A stretch of 33,444 nucleotides of DNA, taken from assembly GCA_043744975.1 (NCBI GenBank), contig JAYTTO010000186.1:1-33444 (forward strand), given 5' to 3'. Shown here one piece after another: positions 17,604 through 28,339 of this stretch. Numbering within the stretch: the first letter of the stretch is position 1; every line of letters starts with the position of its first letter. The position numbers and the translations under genes were made by a program. The notes beneath the pieces were generated by a model. The model was not told the DNA's origin. It made no database searches and saw only the letters and a list, made by a program, of their open reading frames with translations. This stretch comes from Betaproteobacteria bacterium (GTDB lineage Bacteria > Pseudomonadota > Gammaproteobacteria > Burkholderiales > Ga0077523).

Positions 17604-18958
17604 TATTCGGCCTTGTTGGCCTGGGCGAGCTTGTGCTCGAGATAATGAATGCTGGTGCCGCCACGCAGGAACGCGCTGTCGACCATGATGTCCTGATGCA
17701 GGGCGATGTTGGTCTGGATGCCTTCGACCACCATTTCGGACAGCGCGATGCGCATGCGCGCCAACGCCTGTTCGCGCGTGTCGCCATAGGCGATCACTTT
17801 GCCCACCAGCGAGTCGTAGTAGGGCGGCACGACGTAGTTCGCGAAGGCATGCGAATCGACCCGGATGCCGGGGCCGCCCGGCGCGTGCCAGGACACGATG
17901 CGCCCGGGCGAGGGCGTGAACTTGAAGGGATGTTCCGCATTGATGCGACATTCGACAGCATGGCCACGGAACACGACATCGCGCTGGCGCATCGGCAGGC
18001 GCTCGCCGGCGGCGACCCGGATCTGCATCTGCACGATGTCGATGCCGGTGATCATTTCGGTGACCGGATGCTCCACCTGGACGCGGGTGTTCATCTCGAT
18101 GAAGTAGAACTCGCCCTTCTCGTACAGGAACTCGAAGGTGCCCGCGCCGCGGTAGCCGAGCTTGCGACAGGCGTCGGCGCAACGCTCGCCGATGCGGGTG
18201 AGTTCGCGCGGCGTGAGGCCGGGCGCCGGGGCCTCCTCCACGACCTTCTGGTGCCGCCGCTGCATCGAGCAGTCCCGCGTGCCCAGGTGCACGGCGCCCT
18301 TGTGTTCGTCGGCCAGCACCTGCACCTCGATATGGCGCGGGTTCTCCAGGAACTTCTCAAGGTACACGGTGGGATTGTTGAACGCCGCCTTGGCCTCGGT
18401 GCGCGTGGTGTTGACGGCATTGAGGAGCGCCGCCTCGGTATGCACGACACGCATGCCCCGGCCGCCGCCGCCACCCGAGGCCTTGATGATCACGGGGTAG
18501 CCGATCGACCGGGCGATCTTGACGATCTCCGCTGGTTCGTCCGGCAGCGATCCCTCAGCGCCGGGGACTACGGGCACGCCGGCCTTCAGCATCGCCGACT
18601 TGGCGCTGACCTTGTCGCCCATCAGGCGGATGGTGTCGGGGCGCGGCCCGATGAAGACGAAACCGCTCTTCTCGACCCGTTCGGCGAAGTCGGCATTCTC
18701 CGACAGGAAGCCGTAGCCGGGGTGGATCGCCTCGGCGTCGGTGACCTCGGCGGCGCTGATGATCGCGGGGATGTTGAGGTAGCTCTGGGCCGACGCGGCC
18801 GGACCAATGCAGACCGACTCGTCGGCGAGGCGGACATACTTGGCATCGGCGTCGGCCTCGGAATGCACGGCAACAGTCTTGATACCCATCTCACGGCAGG
18901 CGCGTTGCACCCGCAGGGCGATTTCGCCACGGTTGGCGATCAGGATCTTCTCGAACAC
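17603..18958 (-). CDS. accC: acetyl-CoA carboxylase biotin carboxylase subunit
   Basis: [50 protein letters not shown]. Confidence 0.97.
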   Translation of the reverse strand: MFEKILIANRGEIALRVQRACREMGIKTVAVHSEADADAKYVRLADESVCIGPAASAQSYLNIPAIISAAEVTDAEAIHPGYGFLSENADFAERVEKSGFVFIGPRPDTIRLMGDKVSAKSAMLKAGVPVVPGAEGSLPDEPAEIVKIARSIGYPVIIKASGGGGGRGMRVVHTEAALLNAVNTTRTEAKAAFNNPTVYLEKFLENPRHIEVQVLADEHKGAVHLGTRDCSMQRRHQKVVEEAPAPGLTPRELTRIGERCADACRKLGYRGAGTFEFLYEKGEFYFIEMNTRVQVEHPVTEMITGIDIVQMQIRVAAGERLPMRQRDVVFRGHAVECRINAEHPFKFTPSPGRIVSWHAPGGPGIRVDSHAFANYVVPPYYDSLVGKVIAYGDTREQALARMRIALSEMVVEGIQTNIALHQDIMVDSAFLRGGTSIHYLEHKLAQANKAE

Positions 18959-19024
18959 GGGCTGCGGATGCCTCAGCCAGGGGTTCGTCGGGAGGCAATC
19001 CCGATCGGGGCCGGGTGCACAGCG

Positions 19025-19489
19025 TCAGCCGATGAGGAACAGCGGTTCGCCATACTCGACCGGCTGGCCGTTCTCCACCAGGACGGCCTTGACGACGCCA
19101 CCATGGTCCGCCTCGATCTCGTTGAGCAGCTTCATCGCTTCGATGATGCAGACCGTATCGCCCGCGGCCACGACCTGACCCACTTCGACGAACGGCTTGC
19201 CGCCGGGCGTCGACGACCGGTAGAACGATCCGACCATCGGCGACTTGACGGTGTGGCCCTCCGCTTCGGCTGCCGCGGCGGCGGCGGCCCGGGCAAGATG
19301 GTCGGCCTCGACCGCGCCGGCACCGGCGGCGCCTGCGACCGCCATCGCCACCGGCAGCGCCGTCGGTGGCGCAACCATCACGGCCCCCCGGCTGATGCGG
19401 ACCCGTTCCTCGCCTTCGCTAATCTCTAGCTCGGAAATTCCAGACTTCTCGACCAGGTCGATCAGCGCCTTCACTTTTCTCAGATCCAT
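19025..19489 (-). CDS. accB: biotin carboxyl carrier protein
   Basis: [33 protein letters not shown] biotinylation motif. Confidence 0.97.
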   Translation of the reverse strand: MDLRKVKALIDLVEKSGISELEISEGEERVRISRGAVMVAPPTALPVAMAVAGAAGAGAVEADHLARAAAAAAAEAEGHTVKSPMVGSFYRSSTPGGKPFVEVGQVVAAGDTVCIIEAMKLLNEIEADHGGVVKAVLVENGQPVEYGEPLFLIG

Positions 19490-19494
19490 TGTTT

Positions 19495-19938
19495 TCAAGC
19501 CCCCGTGTCGGCCAAGGCGTGCTCGAGGGCAAGCTCATAGCCGAGCGGCCCAAGGCCGCAGATCAGACCGACCGCGATGTCGGTGAAGTAGGAGTGGTGC
19601 CGGAACGGCTCGCGGCCGAACACATTGGACAGATGCACTTCGATGAACCGGACCCGGCTTGCCGACAGGGCGTCCCTCAGGGCGACGCTGGTATGGGTGA
19701 ACGCGGCCGGATTGATGACGACGAAATCGACCGGATCATCCAGCAGTTGCTGGACCCGTTCGACCAGCGCCGCCTCGCTATTGCTCTGGAATGTATCGAG
19801 GATGGCGCCACTTGCCCCGGCCCGGGCCACGAGCCTGCGGTTGATGTCGTCCAGGGTGGTTGCTCCGTAGATGTGGGGCTCGCGGCGACCCAGCAGGTTC
19901 AGGTTCGGGCCGTGCAATACGAGAATCCGTCGCGCCAT
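19495..19938 (-). CDS. aroQ: type II 3-dehydroquinate dehydratase
   Basis: [35 protein letters not shown]...REPFRHHS. Confidence 0.97.
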   Translation of the reverse strand: MARRILVLHGPNLNLLGRREPHIYGATTLDDINRRLVARAGASGAILDTFQSNSEAALVERVQQLLDDPVDFVVINPAAFTHTSVALRDALSASRVRFIEVHLSNVFGREPFRHHSYFTDIAVGLICGLGPLGYELALEHALADTGA

Positions 19939-20184
19939 TCCGGCATCCTCCGCGGCATCAAACGATCAACGCAAGACCGCCCTGCGGCCATGCTGGTCAC
20001 CAGCAATCCGCGAAGTTTGCCGGAGTTCGACGTAATTTGTCCAGCAATCGGCACAGATGACACGCAGGGGTAAGTCCATTGTCGGGCTCCATGCGATTCC
20101 CGCACCACGCCTCACTGGTCGACCTGGAACGTGCTTGCCAAACCCGCTTCAAGTGCGACAGGTTCGATGCGGGTTAAGCGAAGA

Positions 20185-20715
20185 TTACTGCAACAAGGGC
20201 TGGATCACGCTGGTGAGGTGGGCTTCGTCGACCCCACCGAGCTCGGTCTTCACGACCTTGCCGGAACGGTCGACGATCACCGTAAAGGGCAGCGCGCCGA
20301 GCTGGTTGCCGAGCGTCCGCGACAGTTCGACCGCATCGAGTTCGCCCACCAGGATCGGATAGTTGATCCCGATTTCCCTGGCGTACGGCTCGACCTTGTC
20401 CTTTTCGTCGATTGCGATGCCGACGAACTGCAAGCCGCGCGGGCCGAGCTTCCGCTGCATCCTGATGAACTCGGGAATCTCCTTCCGGCAAGGCGCACAC
20501 CAGGTCGCCCAGAAATTGATCACCAGCACCTTGCCCTTCCAGGTGCCGAGCGGCGTCTTTACCCCCTTGAGGTCCGCAAGGGCGGCATCCATCAGCCCGG
20601 GCGGCGTGGGAGGCGCGGTTGCGCTCTCGACCTCCCCGGTGCGGAAATAGAGGCCCGTGGCCAGCGCAAGCAGGGCAACGGCGGTGAGGGCAAAGAGTTG
20701 TTGCAGACGATTCAT
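20185..20715 (-). CDS. TlpA-family thiol:disulfide oxidoreductase
   Basis: N-terminal membrane anchor, INFWATWCAPCRKEIP, LPFTVIVDR; start reassigned to ATG 20715. Confidence 0.92.
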   Translation of the reverse strand: MNRLQQLFALTAVALLALATGLYFRTGEVESATAPPTPPGLMDAALADLKGVKTPLGTWKGKVLVINFWATWCAPCRKEIPEFIRMQRKLGPRGLQFVGIAIDEKDKVEPYAREIGINYPILVGELDAVELSRTLGNQLGALPFTVIVDRSGKVVKTELGGVDEAHLTSVIQPLLQ

Positions 20716-20717
20716 CA

Positions 20718-21203
20718 CTAACGCCCCTCGAGGGTGTCGAGCAGGTTGCGTGGCGCCGGGGGCATGGCTTCGGCGCCGTCCGCGGTGAGGACCAGGCGCT
20801 GGTCCTGGGGCGTGTAGCAGATCCCGGCGTCGGCGCAACCCTGCGACACGATGCGCAGCGTCAGTCGATCCGCGCCCGGTGGGAGCCGCGCCGGAATCAC
20901 GATGGCAACCTCCCCCCGGTAGGTCACGACCGTGCCGAAGAACTCGTCGTTCTTGATACTGCCATCCGGCAGGTGGGGTGCCCCGACCTGCGCGCCGGCG
21001 GGTTCGATGCTGAACCGGAGCTTGTCGCGATAGAGGTAGTAGCCGTGCGCCACGGTGAAACGCACCTGCACATCGCCCCCGGGTACCAGGCGCGCGGATA
21101 CGCGGAACGCCTTCTGGGGTTCGAGCAGGTCGGGCGAGACCGCCATCACACGCGATGGCACCAGGCAGGCGCCCGCGACACACAGCCAATGACGACGGTT
21201 CAC
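20718..21203 (-). CDS. stand-alone DsbD N-terminal (alpha) domain protein
   Basis: LLEPQKAF, GYYLYRDKL, DEFFG, SQGCADAGICY; signal-peptide-like N-terminus. Confidence 0.85.
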   Translation of the reverse strand: MNRRHWLCVAGACLVPSRVMAVSPDLLEPQKAFRVSARLVPGGDVQVRFTVAHGYYLYRDKLRFSIEPAGAQVGAPHLPDGSIKNDEFFGTVVTYRGEVAIVIPARLPPGADRLTLRIVSQGCADAGICYTPQDQRLVLTADGAEAMPPAPRNLLDTLEGR

Positions 21204-21216
21204 GCGCTCATCTCCC

Positions 21217-22113
21217 CTACTTCGCCACGCGCCCGGTCGAGGTAGTCGCCGCGGCCGGCAGGCCCTGCGCCACCGTCGGATAGCGCAGCCGAACCCGGAG
21301 CTCCAGCTTCAGCCGGTGGTTGAGCAGCCGGCGCGATTCGCGCATGAACGAGAGCAGGCTCTCGGGAACGCGGCCCTGGGCGTCGTGCCAGCTGATGCGC
21401 GGGGGCGTATCCAGCCCGAAACGGGTGGCCACCAAATCGAAGTAGTCACCCATCTTCATGCCGGAATCGTCGTTGGCGTTGTAGGTGCGTCCGGTCCGGC
21501 CGCGCGACAGCGCCGCGATCACGACGCGCGCGAGATCGTCGGCATGGATATGGTTGGTGAAGGCGTCGTCGGCGGCCGCCAGCGTCGGCGTTCGGGCGGC
21601 GAGACGTTCCAGCGGCAGGCGGTCAGCCGCGTAGATGCCCGGCACGCGCAGAACGACGATCTGGACGCCGTTGCCGCGGCCCCACGCGCGCAGTTGCCGT
21701 TCGGCGTCGGCACGGCGGCGCGCCCGGTCGCTCTGCGGACGCAACGGCCGCGTCTCCGCCACCCAGTCGCCACCGCAGTCGCCGTATACGCCGCTGGTGC
21801 TGATGTACACCAGACGCTGTGGTAGCCTCCCCTCTCTTGAGAGGCTGCGGATGAGATTGACCGTCCTGGTGTCGCGGGTTCCGGATGCGGGCGGCGGCGC
21901 GAGGTGCACCACGTCGTGCGCGAGCCCGGACAGGCGCCCCAGGGTTGCGCCGGCATCGAGATCGCCCAGGATGGGGGTGACACCGTACTCGCGCAGCACC
22001 GGGTGGCCAGGTTCCGAACGGGTCAGGGCGTACATGCGGTAGCGCCCGGCCAGGGCGGGGATCATCCGCACCGCCACGTCACCGCAGCCGACGATCAGCA
22101 GACGTTTCATCAT
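21217..22113 (-). CDS. NAD-dependent epimerase/atypical SDR oxidoreductase
   Basis: LIVGCGDVA, YISTSGVYGDCGG, LRVPGIY, NHIHADDLA. Confidence 0.88.
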   Translation of the reverse strand: MMKRLLIVGCGDVAVRMIPALAGRYRMYALTRSEPGHPVLREYGVTPILGDLDAGATLGRLSGLAHDVVHLAPPPASGTRDTRTVNLIRSLSREGRLPQRLVYISTSGVYGDCGGDWVAETRPLRPQSDRARRRADAERQLRAWGRGNGVQIVVLRVPGIYAADRLPLERLAARTPTLAAADDAFTNHIHADDLARVVIAALSRGRTGRTYNANDDSGMKMGDYFDLVATRFGLDTPPRISWHDAQGRVPESLLSFMRESRRLLNHRLKLELRVRLRYPTVAQGLPAAATTSTGRVAK

Positions 22114-22240
22114 CGCATTCTAGTCCATGCATCCGCGGCCGGGCCGCATTCACGCCGAGCGGCCGCATGCGCCAGGCGCTGTGCCGGGTCGCCGCAGGCC
22201 GCGGTCCGATCCGGCGCGCCGCGAACAAGGAAAGGTGTCC

Positions 22241-23278
22241 ATGCCATTTCAGGTAACGCTGCAGAAGACCGGTCACCGCTTCGCCGTGCCGGATGGTCAA
22301 TCGGTTCTCGCCGCCGCGAGCGCTGCCGGCTATACCCTCGCCTACGGCTGCCGCGGCGGTTCCTGCGGCGCCTGCAAGGGCAAGCTGATCGAGGGGACGG
22401 TCGATTACGGCGCACATATGCCCTACACGCTCTCGGAGATCGAGAAGAAGGCCGGCTTCGCGCTGTTCTGCACCGCCAAGCCGCTCTCCGACCTGGTGAT
22501 CGACGCGCGCGAGATCGGCGGCATGGGGGGCATCGAGGTCAAGAAGCTGCCGGTCCGGATCCTGTCGATCGACAAGCCGGCGCCGGATGTCGCCGTGCTC
22601 AGGTTGAAGCTGCCCGCCAATATCGAATGGAAGTTCCTCGCCGGCCAGTACGTCGAGTTCCTGCTGCGCGACAACCGGCGCCGCGCGTATTCGATGGCGA
22701 ATGCGCCGCACGTCGTCGAGCACCTGGAACTGCATGTCCGCCACATGCCAGGGGGCGTGTTCACCGATCCGGTGTTCACCACCATGAAAGAGAAGGACAT
22801 CCTGCGCCTGGAGGGTCCGATGGGGACCTTCTTCCTGCGCGAGGATTCGGACAAACCGATCGTGTTCGTCGCCAGCGGCACCGGCTTCGCGCCGATCAAG
22901 GCGATCATCGAGCACATGCTGCACGTGGGCATCGTCCGGCCGATGGTGCTGTACTGGGGCGGACGCCGGCCGGCCGACCTCTACATGAACGCCTTGTGCC
23001 GGCAATGGGAGGCCGGGCATGGCTGGTTCACGTACGTACCGGTGGTGTCGGACGCGACTGCCGATGACGCGTGGACGGGCCGGACCGGATTCGTGCATCG
23101 CGCCGTGATGGCGGATTTCCCCGACCTGTCGGGTCACCAGGTCTATGCGTGCGGCGCCCCCGTCGTCGTCGATTCCGCCAAGAGCGATTTGGTCGAACAG
23201 TGCGGCCTTCCCGCCGAGGAATTTTTCGCCGACTCGTTCACCCCGTCCGTGGACGTTCCCGCCACCAGCCCAACCTGA
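22241..23278 (+). CDS. 2Fe-2S/FAD/NAD(P)H reductase (CDP-6-deoxy-delta-3,4-glucoseen reductase family)
   Basis: CRGGSCGAC...C ferredoxin motif, RAYSMAN, GPMGTF, ASGTGFAPI, YACGAP; purine-rich RBS before ATG 22241. Confidence 0.9.
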   Translation: MPFQVTLQKTGHRFAVPDGQSVLAAASAAGYTLAYGCRGGSCGACKGKLIEGTVDYGAHMPYTLSEIEKKAGFALFCTAKPLSDLVIDAREIGGMGGIEVKKLPVRILSIDKPAPDVAVLRLKLPANIEWKFLAGQYVEFLLRDNRRRAYSMANAPHVVEHLELHVRHMPGGVFTDPVFTTMKEKDILRLEGPMGTFFLREDSDKPIVFVASGTGFAPIKAIIEHMLHVGIVRPMVLYWGGRRPADLYMNALCRQWEAGHGWFTYVPVVSDATADDAWTGRTGFVHRAVMADFPDLSGHQVYACGAPVVVDSAKSDLVEQCGLPAEEFFADSFTPSVDVPATSPT

Positions 23279-23280
23279 CT

Positions 23281-23363
23281 CGGGCCGCCCCAAGCAAGCT
23301 GGCCCCCCATTGGGGGGTGCCGACCGCAGGAAGGCTGGGGGGGTTCAGCTTGCGCCGGGCCGC
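23281..23363 (+). repeat. REP-like repeat, one full unit plus the start of a second
   Basis: cgggccgccccaagcaagctggccccccattggggggtgccgaccgcaggaaggctgggggggttcagcttgcgccgggccgc; near-identical to the reverse complement of the 33.1-kb copy. Confidence 0.92.
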
Positions 23364-24093
23364 GATGCCGTTGATGGTGAGGAGGATGGCGCGCTTGACC
23401 TGGTCATCGGTCTCGCCGCCGCGCCAGCACGTGAGCAGTTTCACCTGCAGGTGGTTGAACGGGTCGAGGTACGGCGACCGGTTGCGGAAACTGCGGGCGA
23501 GCGTCGGACTGCGGTCGAGCAGTTCCTTGTGGCCGGTGATGGCAAGCCGGGCATCGACGGTGCGTTGTCATTCGGACTGGAGCCGGGCGAAGACGGCGCG
23601 CCGGTTGTCCTCGTCGCCCACCAGTTCGGCATAGCGCGACGCGATCGACATGTCGCTCTTGCCGAGCACCATGTCCAGGTTCGACAGCAGGGCCCGGGTC
23701 TGCCACAGCGTGAGCACCAGGCGCCGCAGTCCGTCCTCTTTCTCGGCCAGTTCCTCGGGCGTAAGCTGCTGAGGCGAGCGATCGGTGAGCAGGCGCGCGA
23801 TCTCAAGCTGGGTATCGAGGATGCTCTTGCGCTGCACTTCGGTCGGATGCGCGGTCAGCACCGGGGAGACGGTCGCGGTCTCGAAGAAGCGGACGATGTC
23901 CGATCCGGGAATGCCGACCTCGAGCGCGCGGTCAAGCGTCAGCGACAGAGCACCTTCCTCGGAACCGGCGTCGGCGAACTGGCGCGAGTGATACCGGCGG
24001 TTGATGTTCTGGTCCTCGGCAATGTTGACCAGCAGCGAGAAGTAGCTGAATGCCCGGCTCGACGGCTGCGGAGTTGGCGCTGTTCACGTTCAT
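23358..24093 (-). pseudogene. ppc: phosphoenolpyruvate carboxylase remnant
   Basis: One frame reads RAFSYFSLLVNIAED...VLTAHPTEVQRKSIL...LWQTR|ALLSNLDMVLGKSD...SE*...RSPYLDPFNHLQV...LLTINGIAA. Large internal deletion, TGA at 23568-23570, out-of-frame ATG at 24093 and missing C-terminus. Confidence 0.92.
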
Positions 24094-24115
24094 GGCAGAT
24101 CTCCGGGTGCCGGTT

Positions 24116-25324
24116 TCAGAGGGCGCTCCGACGCCGGCCACCGCTGGTTTCTTCGAGCCGTTGCAGCGCCAGGTCGAGCGCGGCGCGACGATGCGTTTCG
24201 GATTCGTCCGGACGACCGGTCCGGGCGGCAAGCTCGGCCAGTTCGAGGTAAGCGGTATGCGAGCGCTCGACGCCAAGGCTCGCCTCGAAATAGCTGCGGG
24301 CCTTGCCCCAGAGCCTGCTGTGCGCGCACAGGCGGCCCAGCGTGAGCAGGAGCACGGCGTCGCGCGGATGCCCGGTGAGCCAGGCCTCGGCCTTCTGCAG
24401 CCGGTCACGCGTGCCGCCGTCCGGCGCCTGGGCGTAGAGCGCGACGAGTTCGGTATCCCACTGGTCATCCAGCGCCCGTTCGATCAGGCGGCTCGCCGCG
24501 CCGGGCATGCCGAGCGCCAGGAATCCGCGCGCGGCAACGACGGCGACCGCCGGGTCGCGCTTCAGCTCGCTGCCCGCGGCGTCCCACGCCGCCTGCAGTT
24601 GCGACGCGTCGGTCGAACGACGCTTCAGGCTCTCGATCGTTGCCGATCGCCGCAACTGCGTCACCACGGCCGGCTCGAACACACGCTTCTTCTCCACCCG
24701 GGGCAGTAATTCCAGCACGCGGTCCCAGTCCTTGGCCATCTGGTGCGCGCGCAACTGCAGCCGCAGTGCGGACGTGTGGCGTTCGCGGATCTGGTCGAGC
24801 ACGGCAAGGCTGTCGTGGTACCTGCGCTCGTTCAGCAGGAGTTCAGCCTGCGTGACATGGCGCAGGTAATCGTCCTCGGGCGGACAAATTTCGGCCGCCG
24901 CAAGATGCCGGTCACGCGCCTCGAACGACCGCAACTCGTGCGCCGATCGGGCCGCGATCACTGCGGCGAGCCCACGCGCCTCGCCGGCGGCGAATGCCCG
25001 CTCCGCAGCCCGTTCGGCCCGGCCGAAACGGCCTTCGAAATAGGCCCGCAATGCGTCCATGAACACCTGGCGTCCGGCGTCGCGCTGCCGGCGTTCGTGG
25101 TAGCGGCTGACCTCGGCAGGCATGCCGACCGCCAGGAACACGGCACGCAGGACAAAGTAGCCGATGATCAGCGTGGCAAGAATCGCCAGCACGGCGAGAT
25201 TGATCGACAGCTCGACGCGTCGATGCGGGAACACCAGCAGCACGTATCCGGTGTTGTAGCGCGCCGCCAGCACCAGGCCGACCGCCGCAGCGAACAGGCC
25301 CAGAACCCAGAACAGACTCTTCAT
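24116..25324 (-). CDS. hemY: heme biosynthesis-associated TPR membrane protein HemY
   Basis: Two N-terminal TM segments with NTGYVL...RVELS, EGRF, LLLTLGRLC...LWGKARSYFEASL; follows hemX. Confidence 0.9.
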   Translation of the reverse strand: MKSLFWVLGLFAAAVGLVLAARYNTGYVLLVFPHRRVELSINLAVLAILATLIIGYFVLRAVFLAVGMPAEVSRYHERRQRDAGRQVFMDALRAYFEGRFGRAERAAERAFAAGEARGLAAVIAARSAHELRSFEARDRHLAAAEICPPEDDYLRHVTQAELLLNERRYHDSLAVLDQIRERHTSALRLQLRAHQMAKDWDRVLELLPRVEKKRVFEPAVVTQLRRSATIESLKRRSTDASQLQAAWDAAGSELKRDPAVAVVAARGFLALGMPGAASRLIERALDDQWDTELVALYAQAPDGGTRDRLQKAEAWLTGHPRDAVLLLTLGRLCAHSRLWGKARSYFEASLGVERSHTAYLELAELAARTGRPDESETHRRAALDLALQRLEETSGGRRRSAL

Positions 25325-25409
25325 CCGGACCGCCCGGGATTCCGCAGGCCGCCCAAGCGGCCCGGGGCCCGATCGAGGGGTCCGGACCGCAACGAGGCAA
25401 AGACGGTTC

Positions 25410-26456
25410 TCACCGGGAGCGTTCGCGCGTGGTGCGCTGGGATTGCACGGCACGCAGGCTGTCGGCGATGTCCGGCAGGCGCATGCCGACCTCGCTGTCG
25501 CCGAGCTGCTCGAGCACGGTCAGCGCATTCGACCCGGCCTTGCCGCTGGTGTCGAACTGCTGCCCGAGCCACTTGGCGGCGAGCCGCAGGTCGGCGCGAA
25601 ATGCGGTTTCGTCGCGGGCCAGCAGCGCGAGGCGCGCCGACAGCAGCCTGAGCTTCAGGTTCTCCCTGACGAAGTAAGCCTGTTCCGGCGCCAGCAAGGG
25701 CGCTTCCGGGAGGTCGGCCACCCGGATGCGCAGCAGGTCCTTCATGTCGCGCAGCGCCTCGCCGCCGAGCCGAGCCCAGAACCCGGTCGGCGCAGCGTCC
25801 GCCTGCGGTGGCGGCGCGCTCGGGCGCTGCTCCGACGCCAGCGGCAGTGCGTCGATGGCGGCGACGAGATTGTCGAGCTTGAGCGTGAGGCCGGGCACGT
25901 CCACGGCCGGCAGGGCACGCAGGCGATCCGCGTCGCGATTGATGATCCGCCGCAGCGGAATGAGATAGGGGCGGTCGGCCCGCGCCAGCCGCTGGTCCGC
26001 CGCTTCGAGCGCGATCAGCGCCGCGCGGACATTGCCGGCCAGCTGCAGCTGCTGACTCGCGGTGACCAGGATCTGCTCGATCTCGGCCAGGACCCATTCG
26101 TCGCGGTTGCGGGCCAGTTCCTCGTACAGCGATTCGAGGGCGACGCGCTGGTTCTGGGTTTCGATCAGGCGCGCTTCGAGCATCCCCATGCGGCTCTCGA
26201 CATCGCGCAGAGAATTGCGCCCCTGCTCCGCCAGCGCGCGCGCATCGCGATTGCCGGCCTCCATTTCGCCGAGGCGGCGCGCGACATCGCCCTGCAGCAA
26301 TGTCGCTTCGCGCCGGGCATCCGCCCATTGCCAGACGGCGAGCGCCAGCGCCGCAATGGCGATCAGCATCGCCGGGCTCACCTGGCGGGCGATTCGCGTC
26401 CAGATCGGCTCGCCGGCCGGTGCCGGCGGCAGACCTTCCGGCGGCGGCTCGCTCAT
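25410..26456 (-). CDS. hemX: HemX family membrane protein
   Basis: One TM helix, coiled coil, DEWVLAEIEQIL...QQLQLAGNV, RENLKLRLLSARLALL. Confidence 0.9.
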   Translation of the reverse strand: MSEPPPEGLPPAPAGEPIWTRIARQVSPAMLIAIAALALAVWQWADARREATLLQGDVARRLGEMEAGNRDARALAEQGRNSLRDVESRMGMLEARLIETQNQRVALESLYEELARNRDEWVLAEIEQILVTASQQLQLAGNVRAALIALEAADQRLARADRPYLIPLRRIINRDADRLRALPAVDVPGLTLKLDNLVAAIDALPLASEQRPSAPPPQADAAPTGFWARLGGEALRDMKDLLRIRVADLPEAPLLAPEQAYFVRENLKLRLLSARLALLARDETAFRADLRLAAKWLGQQFDTSGKAGSNALTVLEQLGDSEVGMRLPDIADSLRAVQSQRTTRERSR

Positions 26457-27325
26457 GCCGGATTCCCCTGCGTCGCCACGCTGGCAAAATGATCGACCAT
26501 CCCGGCGATGGTTGCGCGGTCGCCGCTGCCACAGACGCGAGCGCACCCGAAGCCCAGCGACCGTGCGGTACCCGCGATGCGTTCGTGGGCAACGAACACC
26601 GGCGTGCGACGCAGCACCTCGCGCGCAGGCTCGCCAACCATCTGGAACAGGTTCAGCAGCGCTTCGCCACTGGCGGCCGTCACGGCGGCGATGTCGCCCG
26701 CGGCGAGCCGGCGCTCGAGGTGAGCCGGATCCGAGGCCGGACGCTCGCGTCGATAGCACGGCACCGTGACGACGGTCGCGCCGCGGCCGGCGAGCGCGTC
26801 GGCGAGCAGGCGTCGCCCGCCCTCGCCCGTAAAGATGACGATGCGACGTCCCGCCACCGCCGCCAGTTCCGGATGCTCCAGCAGCGACTCGGTGTCGGCC
26901 CCCGTTGGCGGAATCACGACGTTCGTGACGCCAAATGAGACCAGTGCCGCCGCGGTGCCTTCCCCTATTGCCGCCGCCCCCGCGTCCGGCGGCAGGCCGC
27001 CGGCGGCGAGCAGCGCCGGCAGCGTCAACGTCACTGCATTGGCGCTGGTAAAGATCGCCAGCCCGATTCCGTCGCGGGCGGCGACCGCCTGGGCAAGCGG
27101 GCGGGGATCGGTCGCCGGCAAGATGTCGATGGTCGGGAACAGGACCGCTTCACCCCCATCCCTGGCGATGAGGTCCGCGAGAGCCGCCGACTGATGGGCC
27201 GGGCGGGTCACGAGGATCGCGCGGCCCGCCAGGCAGGCGCTCGCACGGGAAATGGATCCGTCCCCTGCGCCGAGCGCCTTCCCGCCGAGCGGGAACCCGC
27301 CCCCCGGGAGGGCCGCCGGACTCAT
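26453..27325 (-). CDS. hemD: uroporphyrinogen-III synthase
   Basis: [30 protein letters not shown]...GA...CYRR; ATGA overlaps with hemC and hemX. Confidence 0.93.
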   Translation of the reverse strand: MSPAALPGGGFPLGGKALGAGDGSISRASACLAGRAILVTRPAHQSAALADLIARDGGEAVLFPTIDILPATDPRPLAQAVAARDGIGLAIFTSANAVTLTLPALLAAGGLPPDAGAAAIGEGTAAALVSFGVTNVVIPPTGADTESLLEHPELAAVAGRRIVIFTGEGGRRLLADALAGRGATVVTVPCYRRERPASDPAHLERRLAAGDIAAVTAASGEALLNLFQMVGEPAREVLRRTPVFVAHERIAGTARSLGFGCARVCGSGDRATIAGMVDHFASVATQGNPA

Positions 27326-28293
27326 TGGCTACGGTCGAGCGCGCGCAGGATATCGAGCGCGCCGGCCCCGGCAAGCTGGACCGCCACCGCCTCGCCGAGC
27401 AGGTGGGCGGTTCCCTGGACATGGGGCGCATCGGCGACGGCGCGCACCACCTTGCTGCCGTCCGGACTGGCCACCAGCCCCCGGAGCGTTGCCCGCCCGT
27501 CGGCGATCTGCGCGAAGCCACCCAACGGCATGGTGCAACTGCCGCCGAGTCGGCGGCTCAGGGCGCGCTCGGCCAAGACGCACCAGGCTGTGTCGGCGTG
27601 GTTGAGCGACTGGAGCAGCGCGATCAGCCCGGGGCGGTCGCCGCGGCACTCGATGCCGATCGCGCCTTGCCCGACCGCGGGCAGGCTGTCTTCCGGCGCC
27701 AGCCACGCCCGGATCCGGTCGCCCAGACCAAGCCGGCGCAGGCCTGCGGCCGCCAGGATGATGGCGTCGTACTCGCCCTCGTCGAGCTTGCGCAGGCGGG
27801 TTTGCACATTGCCTCGCAGCGGTTCGATCCGCAGCGCCGGGAACCGTGCGCGCAATTGACTCTCGCGACGCAGGCTCGATGTCCCCACGACGGCGCCGGG
27901 CGGCAACTCATCGAGGGACCGGTAGCGCGCCGAGACCAGGGCGTCGCGGGGGTCTTCGCGTTCGCCGATGGCCGCGATCACGAAGCCCGGCGGCAGATTG
28001 ACCGGCACGTCCTTCATGGAATGCACGGCGATGTCCGCGCGACCATCGAGCAGGGCGTCTTCGAGTTCCTTCACGAACAAGCCCTTGCCGCCGATCTTCG
28101 CGAGCGACGAGCCCAACTGGCGGTCGCCTTCGGTGGTCATCCCGAGCAGCGACACCTCGAGCCCGGGGTGCGCCGCCGTCAGCAGCGCGCGGACATGCCC
28201 GGCCTGCCACAGGGCCAGCGCGCTTTCGCGGGTGGCGATGACCAGACGGGTGAGAGGCTTGGCGGACTCGGACACGGGGGCGAGAGAGGGCAA
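27322..28293 (-). CDS. hemC: hydroxymethylbilane synthase (porphobilinogen deaminase)
   Basis: [44 protein letters not shown]. Start is TTG 28293 or GTG 28275. Confidence 0.97.
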   Translation of the reverse strand: MPSLAPVSESAKPLTRLVIATRESALALWQAGHVRALLTAAHPGLEVSLLGMTTEGDRQLGSSLAKIGGKGLFVKELEDALLDGRADIAVHSMKDVPVNLPPGFVIAAIGEREDPRDALVSARYRSLDELPPGAVVGTSSLRRESQLRARFPALRIEPLRGNVQTRLRKLDEGEYDAIILAAAGLRRLGLGDRIRAWLAPEDSLPAVGQGAIGIECRGDRPGLIALLQSLNHADTAWCVLAERALSRRLGGSCTMPLGGFAQIADGRATLRGLVASPDGSKVVRAVADAPHVQGTAHLLGEAVAVQLAGAGALDILRALDRSQ

Positions 28294-28339
28294 CTGCGTT
28301 CTTCGATTCTATCAGCGGCCGCGGCGCCGACGACTGAAT

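Noticed and set aside
22241-23278. Reductase as evidence for 3,6-dideoxysugar (ascarylose) biosynthesis
   Set aside because: No CDP-sugar pathway genes nearby; the family name reflects domain similarity only.
25349-25364. Hairpin ggccgc-ccaa-gcggcc between hemX and hemY resembling the repeat's start
   Set aside because: The match is too short and lacks the rest of the repeat architecture.
27279-27295. Hairpin ttcccgc-cga-gcgggaa within the extended hemD N-terminus
   Set aside because: A single 7-bp stem in GC-rich coding DNA is not distinguishable from chance.
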